Positions 38,441 to 45,990 of a stretch of DNA of 57,526 nt are shown here, piece by piece. Position 1 is the first letter of the stretch, and every line of letters begins with the position of its first letter. The stretch comes from Flavobacteriales bacterium (GTDB lineage: Bacteria > Bacteroidota > Bacteroidia > Flavobacteriales > BACL11): positions 1 through 57,526 of the forward strand of contig DASCPP010000073.1 of the NCBI GenBank assembly GCA_036012565.1, given 5' to 3'. A program made the translations under genes and the position numbers. The notes below the pieces were generated by a model. It had not been told where the DNA came from, ran no database searches, and worked only from the letters and a program-made list of their open reading frames with translations.

Positions 38441-39876
38441 GATTTTTTAAATTCATATTATTATTTCTTTCTAGTGTAATTTTTGCACAAGAAAATATTG
38501 AGATAAAGCATTTATCTACTGCAATCAATTCTATTGGAGCTGAGCTTAATTTTTTTCAAGATGAAAAAACCCATGCCTTTTTTACGGCAATCCGAGAGGA
38601 TAACAACAATTATATCTCCTCTATTTATCATAGCAATTTTCAATTAGATCAGTGGAGTAAGGGGAGTTATTTTTCTCCTTTCAATTCTGATTATTTGCAA
38701 AGCGGAAATCTTTTTATCACAAGAGATAAAATGGCTTATTTCACTTTTTGCAAAGAGGAAAATTGTGCAATTTATAGTTCAAAATTCCAAAAAAAGAGAT
38801 GGACAACCCCCAAGAAATTAGACGAGAGAATTAACAAAATGGGGAGTACTTCTACTCAGCCAAACATTGCAATAATTGATAGCAAAGAATATTTGTATTT
38901 TGTGTCGGACAGAGAGGGAGGTTATGGGGGGTTGGATATTTGGATTTCTACTATTAATGAAGATGGAAATTTTGGGAATCCTATAAATTTGGGGAATAAA
39001 ATAAATAGTAAAGCTAATGAAATCACGCCATTTTTTAATCACAATTATGGCGAATTATATTTTAGCTCTGACAGAAAAGATGGCATGGGGGGATTTGATA
39101 TTTACAAAGTAAAGGGTAATTTAACTTTGTGGGAAACTCCTACTTTGTTAGCAGAACCCTTTAATACTCCTTTTGATGAAATGTATTTAAATTTCTTTAC
39201 AGAAAATAAAGGGAATTTTTCATCTAATCGTTTGCCTTCACTATATTTAGATAAGGAAAATTGTTGCAATGATATTTTTTCTTTTGAAATAAAACGACAA
39301 GAGACGAAACTTCCTCCTGAAATTTCAAAGATAAATAATTATCTACCTCTTTCTTTATATTTTCATAATGATGAGCCTGATTGTTGCACTATGGAGATCA
39401 CAACAAAGATTGGTTATAAGGAATCATATATTTCTTATTTTTTATTAAAGAAAGAGTATGTGAAAAATAGCAGTTCGGTATCATCAATAGAAGATTTTTT
39501 CACAAATAAATTGCAAGAAAATTTCAATAAATTAGATGAAGTTTTGCGTAAAATTAAGAAAGCATTAGCTAGTGGTCAAAAAATAGAATTGCAAATAAAA
39601 GGGTATGCGAGTCCGCTTTTTGCAAGCGATTACAATATCAATTTATCCAAAAGAAGAATTGTTTCCCTGCTTAATTACATGCATGAATTCCAAAACGGAA
39701 GTATTACCCAATACTTTAAAAATGAGCAATTAGTTATTATAGAATTACCTTTTGGCGAGTCGGTTTCTAATAATAATGTTAGTGATAACCCTAGAAATAA
39801 AAAGCTGTCGGTTTATAGTGTAGAGGCAGCAATGGCCAGAAAAATTGAAATTGTGAGAGTAACAGTTAAAGAGTAA
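38437..39876 (+). CDS. PD40 (TolB-like) repeat plus OmpA-like C-terminal domain protein
   Basis: Signal peptide. PD40-like repeats (LYFVSDREGGYGGLDIWIS; LYFSSDRKDGMGGFDIYKV). C-terminal OmpA-like segment IKGYASPLFASDYNINLSKRRIVSLLNYM. ATGA overlap with the PorP gene. Confidence 0.72.
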   Translation: MRFFKFILLFLSSVIFAQENIEIKHLSTAINSIGAELNFFQDEKTHAFFTAIREDNNNYISSIYHSNFQLDQWSKGSYFSPFNSDYLQSGNLFITRDKMAYFTFCKEENCAIYSSKFQKKRWTTPKKLDERINKMGSTSTQPNIAIIDSKEYLYFVSDREGGYGGLDIWISTINEDGNFGNPINLGNKINSKANEITPFFNHNYGELYFSSDRKDGMGGFDIYKVKGNLTLWETPTLLAEPFNTPFDEMYLNFFTENKGNFSSNRLPSLYLDKENCCNDIFSFEIKRQETKLPPEISKINNYLPLSLYFHNDEPDCCTMEITTKIGYKESYISYFLLKKEYVKNSSSVSSIEDFFTNKLQENFNKLDEVLRKIKKALASGQKIELQIKGYASPLFASDYNINLSKRRIVSLLNYMHEFQNGSITQYFKNEQLVIIELPFGESVSNNNVSDNPRNKKLSVYSVEAAMARKIEIVRVTVKE

Positions 39877-40128
39877 TTACGCTTTAGAAACCGTGAATTC
39901 AAACGATTCCATAATTTGATTGCAAAGCATTTTTTTGCAAGCCTCATCTACTTTTGAAACTGCAACTTCTTTGCTATCGGTTTCAATTTCTAATGTAATA
40001 TGTTTCCCAATTCTTACATTCCCAATTTCTGATAAACCAACATTTCCCATACTTGCACTTACGGCTTTCCCTTGTGGATCTAATAACGATTTAAGTGGCA
40101 TTACATCTATTTCAGCTCTGAATTTCAT
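39877..40128 (-). CDS. purS: Phosphoribosylformylglycinamidine synthase subunit PurS
   Basis: 83 aa. MKFRAEIDVMPLKSLLDPQGKAV is the canonical PurS N-terminus. The two-repeat size fits. Confidence 0.85.
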   Translation of the reverse strand: MKFRAEIDVMPLKSLLDPQGKAVSASMGNVGLSEIGNVRIGKHITLEIETDSKEVAVSKVDEACKKMLCNQIMESFEFTVSKA

Positions 40129-40130
40129 AA

Positions 40131-40847
40131 TTATAGTATATTATTTAGGATTGATAAGGTCAGATACAAAATTACAATAAATGGGATAGCAGCAAACTGA
40201 AAAATGAATAATAATATCAAGGCAATTATAATTAATATAATTCTGAAAATATTTAAACGAGAAGTGATGTTTTCAGTCTTGTTGAATTTAAAGGAAAATA
40301 AGGGAATTTTTGCTACTAAAAGTAGAGATAAAACTATGGTCGCACTTATTAATAATTCACTACTAAAAGATAATGAGTAACTTTCCCGTATCATTGGTAG
40401 TGATGCAATGAAAACTGCAACAGCAGGTGTTGGCAACCCAATAAATGAAGTGGTTTGCCTTGTGTCAGTATTAAATTTTGCCAAACGAATAGCTGAAAAA
40501 ATGGGGATTAAAAAAGCAATAATTGATGGGGAAAAATTTGGTTGGGTTATATCAGATTGAGAAAAGGAGTTGACAATACTATAATAAATTAGTTGGAACA
40601 AAATCATCCCAGGCGCTACACCAAAAGTAACCATATCTGCCAAGCTATCTAATTGTTTCCCGAATTTGCTTCCAACTTTCAGAATACGCGCTAACAGACC
40701 ATCAAAAAAATCAAAAAAAGCACCATATAAAATGAAAGTGGCAGACAAAACTAAGTTCCCTTCAAAAGCAAAAAATATTGCAAACAAGCCACAAGTCAAG
40801 TTAGCAAGTGTAATAATATTTGGGATATTTCTTTTAATAGCATTCAT
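40131..40847 (-). CDS. pssA: CDP-diacylglycerol--serine O-phosphatidyltransferase (CDP-alcohol phosphatidyltransferase family)
   Basis: Starts MNAIKRNIPNIITLANL. CDP-alcohol motif DFFDGLLARILKVGSKFGKQLDSLADMVTFG. The ORF-track extension to 41069 overlaps lnt and a -7 box and was rejected. Confidence 0.85.
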   Translation of the reverse strand: MNAIKRNIPNIITLANLTCGLFAIFFAFEGNLVLSATFILYGAFFDFFDGLLARILKVGSKFGKQLDSLADMVTFGVAPGMILFQLIYYSIVNSFSQSDITQPNFSPSIIAFLIPIFSAIRLAKFNTDTRQTTSFIGLPTPAVAVFIASLPMIRESYSLSFSSELLISATIVLSLLLVAKIPLFSFKFNKTENITSRLNIFRIILIIIALILLFIFQFAAIPFIVILYLTLSILNNIL

Positions 40848-40852
40848 ATCCG

Positions 40853-40860
40853 CAAAAATA
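40853..40860 (-). promoter_or_regulatory. Candidate -7 box TATTTTTG for pssA, 5 nt from the ATG
   Basis: Exact TAnnTTTG on the minus strand, ending 5 nt before ATG 40847. Confidence 0.5.
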
Positions 40861-40881
40861 TGATAATATTTGTAATCAATT

Positions 40882-42426
40882 ATGAGAAAACTATTTTTAG
40901 CACTTCTAAGCGGGTTTCTTTTAGCATTTTCTTGGCCTGAAATTGGCGTTTTCCCTATTTTGTTTTTTGCTTTTGTTCCACTCTTAATATTGGAAGACGA
41001 ACTACAAAATTCAAATGAAAACAAAAAGGGAAGAAAAGTTTTTTGGTTTTCTTTTTTAGCATTTTTCATTTTTAATGTAATTACAACTTATTGGGTGTAT
41101 CATGCTACACTTTTTGGGGCAATTTCTGCTTTTTTGGTGAATGCAACCCTAATGGCGACTGCTTTCTATTTGTTTCATAAAATTAAAATTACGAGCAAAA
41201 ACAGATTAGGATACTTTTCTTTTATTATGCTTTGGATTTCAATGGAATATGTGCACTTGAATTGGGGATTGTCATGGCCTTGGCTTACATTAGGAAATGG
41301 ATTTGCAAATGTACCTGATATAGTGCAGTGGTATGAATTTACTGGATTTTTAGGTGGTTCATTTTGGGTGTTGTTGATGAATATTTTAATATTTAGAGTA
41401 GTACAAACTAAAAATGTAAAAGCAATAGTGTTACCTTGTTTATTGCTGATTTTACCATTGCTGTTTTCGTTCTGTCTTATTCCAAATATGACAAATGAAG
41501 AACAATTAAGAGTGTTGATTGTTCAGCCGAATATTGATCCTTATACTGATAAGTTTAATGTAGGACACGAAGAGCAATTATATGAATTTATTGCTCTTGC
41601 AAAAACTGAACTTACTGAGGAGACTCAACTTTTGATAGGGCCTGAAACGGCTCTTTTGGAAGAGATTTGGGAAAATAAATTTGAGGCAACTTATAGTGTC
41701 AGAAAACTTAGAGAATTGCAAAAACAATTCCCGAAATTAAACATAATTGTTGGAGCTTCTACTTATAAGATGTTCGGCCCTGGGGAGCAAAAAACAACTA
41801 CTGCTCGACAAATTAGAAATAATAATATTTTTTATGATGCTTATAATTCAGCCATTTTTATTCCTGATAGTGGTGATGTTAAAGTGTATCATAAAACGAA
41901 ACTAGTGCCAGGAGTAGAGAAGATGCCTTATCCAAATATGTTGGATAAATTAGCAGAACTAACGGTTAATTTAGGAGGAATAAGTGGTTCATTAGGAAGT
42001 GAAAATACAATTCGAAATTTCTTAATTAATGATAAAAATATTCGCCCTCTTATTTGTTATGAAAGTATTTATGGAGAGATGAACTATAAAAATTCTGATT
42101 TGATTACTATAATTACTAATGATGGTTGGTGGAAAAATTCAGTAGGTTATAAACAGCATTTTTCTTATGCTAGGCTGAGAGCGATTGAACAAAGAAAATC
42201 AATTGTCCGCTCAGCCAACACAGGTATTTCAGGAATAATTTATGCAAATGGAGAAGTCCTAGAAAAGACAAATTGGGATGAAGCAGTTTGTATATCAGCA
42301 AATGTAAATTTAAATTCTAAAACTACTTTTTACAATCGGTTTGGAAATTATATTGGGAGGATAAGTGTTTTTGTTTCTATTTTACTTTTGATAATTGCTT
42401 CTGTAAATGGGAGGTTGAGAAAATAA
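40882..42426 (+). CDS. lnt: Apolipoprotein N-acyltransferase
   Basis: 514 aa with N-terminal multi-TM helices and a C-terminal CN-hydrolase domain (VLIVQPNI...ICYESIY...NDGWW). Confidence 0.88.
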   Translation: MRKLFLALLSGFLLAFSWPEIGVFPILFFAFVPLLILEDELQNSNENKKGRKVFWFSFLAFFIFNVITTYWVYHATLFGAISAFLVNATLMATAFYLFHKIKITSKNRLGYFSFIMLWISMEYVHLNWGLSWPWLTLGNGFANVPDIVQWYEFTGFLGGSFWVLLMNILIFRVVQTKNVKAIVLPCLLLILPLLFSFCLIPNMTNEEQLRVLIVQPNIDPYTDKFNVGHEEQLYEFIALAKTELTEETQLLIGPETALLEEIWENKFEATYSVRKLRELQKQFPKLNIIVGASTYKMFGPGEQKTTTARQIRNNNIFYDAYNSAIFIPDSGDVKVYHKTKLVPGVEKMPYPNMLDKLAELTVNLGGISGSLGSENTIRNFLINDKNIRPLICYESIYGEMNYKNSDLITIITNDGWWKNSVGYKQHFSYARLRAIEQRKSIVRSANTGISGIIYANGEVLEKTNWDEAVCISANVNLNSKTTFYNRFGNYIGRISVFVSILLLIIASVNGRLRK

Positions 42427-42427
42427 A

Positions 42428-42452
42428 AAACCCACTCTAAAAGAATGGGTTT
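42428..42452. terminator. Bidirectional hairpin terminator between lnt and the small minus-strand ORF
   Basis: AAACCCA(42428-42434)/TGGGTTT(42446-42452) with an 11-nt loop. An A-run lies on the plus-strand 5' side, giving a T-run after the hairpin on the minus strand. Confidence 0.55.
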
Positions 42453-42474
42453 AATCATTTATGAAAGAGGAAAA

Positions 42475-42762
42475 TTACTCTCCTTCTGTTTCAGTCTCTA
42501 CACCAACATCTGTTCCATTATCAGAAGTTTCTATAGCCACAGTGGTATCACCACCTTCAACTATAACCTCTACAGTAACTTCTGTAACAGTTTCTGGCAC
42601 ATCAACCTCCAAAGCATCTGCATTAACGCCAGAATTAGTGATATTAAATGCATTGTTCAAAGGACAAGTTGTGTCATCACCACATTCACAATTCACAATA
42701 AATAAGCCAAGGATGAATAAAAGGCCTAATCCCCAAGTTAACGGTCTTTCTAAGTTCCCCAT
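42475..42762 (-). CDS. Small acidic secreted protein or putative lipoprotein (hypothetical)
   Basis: 95 aa. Hydrophobic signal-like N-terminus LTWGLGLLFILGLFIVNC, followed by CECGDDTTC and a D/E/T/V-rich tail. A hairpin plus T-run lies downstream on this strand. The two overlapping plus-strand ORFs give only S/T/V low-complexity translations. Confidence 0.5.
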   Translation of the reverse strand: MGNLERPLTWGLGLLFILGLFIVNCECGDDTTCPLNNAFNITNSGVNADALEVDVPETVTEVTVEVIVEGGDTTVAIETSDNGTDVGVETETEGE

Positions 42763-42872
42763 AATTAATTATTTTTTGGTTTATATAAGGCTAAATTATA
42801 AAAAATAATTTAATCATCCATTTTAGCTTTTGTAAAGCAATAAATATTTGAGAATAAATTCGTAAAAACTAT

Positions 42873-42880
42873 TACTTTTG
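42873..42880 (+). promoter_or_regulatory. Candidate -7 box TACTTTTG for pabB, 4 nt from the GTG start
   Basis: Exact TAnnTTTG, then tttt, then GTG 42885. Confidence 0.5.
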
Positions 42881-42884
42881 TTTT

Positions 42885-44195
42885 GTGAGAAATAGATTTT
42901 TATATACCATAAAAGATAAAAATGAATTTGCTGAAAAGCTGGGTTTTTGGGCTAAAAATTTTAAGTATTCTTGTTTTTTAGATTCAAATCCGCAAAGTCA
43001 AAAAATGCCGATAGCATATTCTCAATACGAATTTTTATTTGCAGTGGGGGCACATAAAATTTGCTGTTCTAATGAGGATTCTTTTGAGAATCTTAAAGTA
43101 TTTCACAATAGATATAAAGACTGGATGTTCGGTTATTTTTCTTATGATTTAAAAAATGAAACGAATACATTAACATCTGAAAATATGGATAATTTATATT
43201 TTCCTAATCTGTTTTTTTTCATTCCTGAAATAGTTTTCAGTATGAAAAATAAAGTATTATATGTAGACACCTTTTCCAACAAAAAAGAAACGGATATTAT
43301 TATAGATGAGATAAAAAATCAAATATGTGATGAGTTATTTTATGGAAATTTGAAAATAAAAAAAAGAGAGACTAAAGAAGAATATTTAAAGAAAATAAAG
43401 AAAATTAAAACACATATTAAAAGGGGAGATATTTATGAAATGAATTATTGTCAGGAATTTTTTTCTGAAAATACAGAGCTAAATGCGGAGGCTTTATTTT
43501 TTAGATTAAATAAAAAAACAAAAGCACCATTTTCGTCTTTTTTACATTTGGATGGTATATACCTTATCTGCTTTAGTCCGGAAAGATTTTTGAGAAAGGA
43601 AAATCAGCAAATTCTATCTCAACCCATAAAAGGAACAAGAAAAAGAAGTAAAAATAAAGAAGAAGATTCGAAGTTAAAAAAAGAATTATCTTTAAGCGAA
43701 AAAGACAAATCAGAAAATGTAATGATTACTGATTTGGTAAGGAATGATTTGTCAAAATACGCCCGACAAGCAAGCGTTAAAGTAGAGGAACTTTTTGGAG
43801 TTTATTCCTTTGAACAAGTACATCAAATGATAAGTACAATAAGTACAGAATTAGAGTCCAATTATCATTTTATAGACGCCATAGAAGGAGCTTTCCCTAT
43901 GGGCTCAATGACAGGTGCTCCAAAAAGAAAAGCCATGGAATTAATAGAAAAATTTGAATGCACAAAAAGAGGGCTGTTTTCAGGAAGTGTTGGCTATATT
44001 AGTCCAAATGCCAATTTTGATTTTAATGTGGTAATAAGGAGTATTCTTTATAATGCTACAAAAAAATATTTTTCGGTGATGGCAGGAGGTGCAATTACTA
44101 GTAGGTCAGTAGCGGAGGAAGAATATAACGAATGCCTTATAAAAGTAAAAACAATTTTAGAAATTTCATCTGGAGAGAAAGTAAATGCAGAATGA
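42885..44195 (+). CDS. pabB: Aminodeoxychorismate synthase component I (anthranilate synthase component I family)
   Basis: Chorismate-binding domain motifs: GDIYEMNYCQEF, SPERFL, PIKGTRKR, ENVMITDLVRNDL, FPMGSMTGAPKRKAMELIE, GGAIT. GTG start. Confidence 0.85.
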   Translation: MRNRFLYTIKDKNEFAEKLGFWAKNFKYSCFLDSNPQSQKMPIAYSQYEFLFAVGAHKICCSNEDSFENLKVFHNRYKDWMFGYFSYDLKNETNTLTSENMDNLYFPNLFFFIPEIVFSMKNKVLYVDTFSNKKETDIIIDEIKNQICDELFYGNLKIKKRETKEEYLKKIKKIKTHIKRGDIYEMNYCQEFFSENTELNAEALFFRLNKKTKAPFSSFLHLDGIYLICFSPERFLRKENQQILSQPIKGTRKRSKNKEEDSKLKKELSLSEKDKSENVMITDLVRNDLSKYARQASVKVEELFGVYSFEQVHQMISTISTELESNYHFIDAIEGAFPMGSMTGAPKRKAMELIEKFECTKRGLFSGSVGYISPNANFDFNVVIRSILYNATKKYFSVMAGGAITSRSVAEEEYNECLIKVKTILEISSGEKVNAE

Positions 44196-45505
44196 AAGAA
44201 AAGTTAGATAAATACATAAAACAACATCATCTTTTTAAGAAGGAGGACAAACTAATACTTGCTATTAGTGGTGGCGCAGACAGTGTTGCATTAGCCTGTC
44301 TTTTAAAGGCATTGAATTGCAATTTTATAATGGCACATTGCAATTTTGGTTTACGAAAAGAGGAATCGGATTCGGATGAAGTTTTTGTAAAAAAGTTGGC
44401 TAAGAAGCTAAATGTAGAATGTGTTACAAGCGACTTTGACACTCAAAATTTTGCAACACAAAATAAGCTTTCCATTCAGATGGCTGCAAGAGAATTGAGG
44501 TATAAATGGGCTGAAGCCTTGAGATTAAAATTGGATTACAATTTTATTATTACGGCTCATCATCAGGATGATGATATTGAAACTTTTTTTATCAACCTTC
44601 TAAGAGGAACGGGAATAAAAGGAATGTTGGGGATTCATCCGAAAAGAAGGAATATAATTAGACCTCTTTTGTTTGCAAGAAAAGATGAAATTTATGATTT
44701 CCTTAAAGAAAATAAAATTGAATATCGTGAAGACAGTTCTAATAAAGACGATAAATATCTTAGAAATAAAATACGGCTTCATCTCATTCCTTTACTGGAA
44801 GAGATTAATCCTTCAATTAAAGAAACAATAACAAAGGATATGGATTATTTAAGGGGTATTTCTGAAATATACGATACCCAAATTAATAAACAAAAAGGGC
44901 GATTGCTAAAACAAGAAGGTAGTTATTTTACCATTTCAATTGTAGAATTAGAAAAGCTAAATCCCATGCCAACATATCTTTATGAGCTTTTGAAACCATT
45001 TGGTTTTTTCAGTGTGAACGATATTTCTATCGCTTTGCAAAAGCAATCCGGGAAGCAATTTTTTTCTGCTACTCACCACTTAATTATCGATAGAAAGCAA
45101 ATAATTATTCAAGCCATTAGGAAAAATGAAAAGCTTGAAATACAAATTAACAAAAATGATAAAGAATGTTTTTCCCCAGTTCATTTAAGGTTCTCATTGT
45201 CCGGAAATCTTACTATTAAAAATGATGTAAATATTGCAATGCTTGACTTTGATAAATTGAAATTTCCACTAGTTTTAAGAAAGTGGAAAAAAGGAGATTT
45301 TTTCTTTCCGCTTGGGATGAAAGGTAAAAAGAAATTAAGTGACTTTTTTATTGACAATAAAATTTCAATTCCTGAAAAGGAACAAGTTTGGGTGCTATGC
45401 TCTGACAATGAAATTATATGGATTGTTGGGTTAAGATTAGACGAAAGATTCAAAATATTAGAAAACACTAAAAAGGCGTATATTGTGCAACTTTTAAAAG
45501 AATAA
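44192..45505 (+). CDS. tilS: tRNA(Ile)-lysidine synthetase
   Basis: PP-loop ILAISGGADSVAL, HHQDD, and a C-terminal TilS domain. The ATG overlaps the pabB TGA (ATGA). The ORF-track start 44132 was rejected. Confidence 0.92.
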   Translation: MKEKLDKYIKQHHLFKKEDKLILAISGGADSVALACLLKALNCNFIMAHCNFGLRKEESDSDEVFVKKLAKKLNVECVTSDFDTQNFATQNKLSIQMAARELRYKWAEALRLKLDYNFIITAHHQDDDIETFFINLLRGTGIKGMLGIHPKRRNIIRPLLFARKDEIYDFLKENKIEYREDSSNKDDKYLRNKIRLHLIPLLEEINPSIKETITKDMDYLRGISEIYDTQINKQKGRLLKQEGSYFTISIVELEKLNPMPTYLYELLKPFGFFSVNDISIALQKQSGKQFFSATHHLIIDRKQIIIQAIRKNEKLEIQINKNDKECFSPVHLRFSLSGNLTIKNDVNIAMLDFDKLKFPLVLRKWKKGDFFFPLGMKGKKKLSDFFIDNKISIPEKEQVWVLCSDNEIIWIVGLRLDERFKILENTKKAYIVQLLKE

Positions 45506-45506
45506 G

Positions 45507-45986
45507 ATGTCAGAAATAAGATTTGAAGAAAAACAGTATTTGGGATTAAATAAAATGTCGCTTTCCAGAAGGATAGCATTGGCATTGTTTTGTTTTGTGG
45601 CTTATTATTGGAAAGAAAATCACGAAAAATCGGGCGAACTTTTCTTCTTTTTAGGAATAGCTATTTTAGTAATTTCGGTTTTGCTTGTGTTTGTATTACA
45701 CTTTGAAACCAAAGTACAAAACAAAAGTATCATATTAGATGGACTATGGACATCTAGAAAAATAAAGATTGGGTTAAGTAGTATTAAATCAGTCAAAAAA
45801 GTAATGTACAGCAAATATATTTTGAATCGATCCGTTTATAATCTGCATCTAAAAGGCACCATTCGTTTTTACACAAGAGGTGTTGATGCGGTTGAGCTTA
45901 CCGATAAAGATGGCTTAATCTATTTGATTGGGAGCCAAAAATCGGAAGAATTAGCTAGGGTTATAAATCAAGAATTAAACCAATAG
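45507..45986 (+). CDS. Hypothetical two-TM membrane protein (bacterial PH-like C-terminal region possible)
   Basis: 159 aa with two hydrophobic helices (IALALFCFVAYYW; FFFLGIAILVISVLLVFVLHF) followed by a ~90-aa soluble domain. Tightly packed between tilS (1 nt) and the DsbD-family gene (4 nt). Confidence 0.45.
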   Translation: MSEIRFEEKQYLGLNKMSLSRRIALALFCFVAYYWKENHEKSGELFFFLGIAILVISVLLVFVLHFETKVQNKSIILDGLWTSRKIKIGLSSIKSVKKVMYSKYILNRSVYNLHLKGTIRFYTRGVDAVELTDKDGLIYLIGSQKSEELARVINQELNQ

Positions 45987-45990
45987 AAGA

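Noticed and set aside
40848-41069. N-terminal 74-codon extension of the pssA ORF
   Set aside because: It overlaps the lnt coding region on the other strand and contains the -7 box at 40853-40860. The CDP-alcohol transferase sequence starts at MNAIKRNIPNIITLANL.
42445-42808. Two overlapping plus-strand ORFs (86 and 115 aa) opposite the small acidic ORF
   Set aside because: Their translations are S/T/V/P low-complexity or Cys/Ile-rich strings with no signal or domain features. They begin inside or just after the lnt terminator hairpin. The minus-strand frame has a signal peptide and its own terminator, so these are treated as antisense shadows (not proven).
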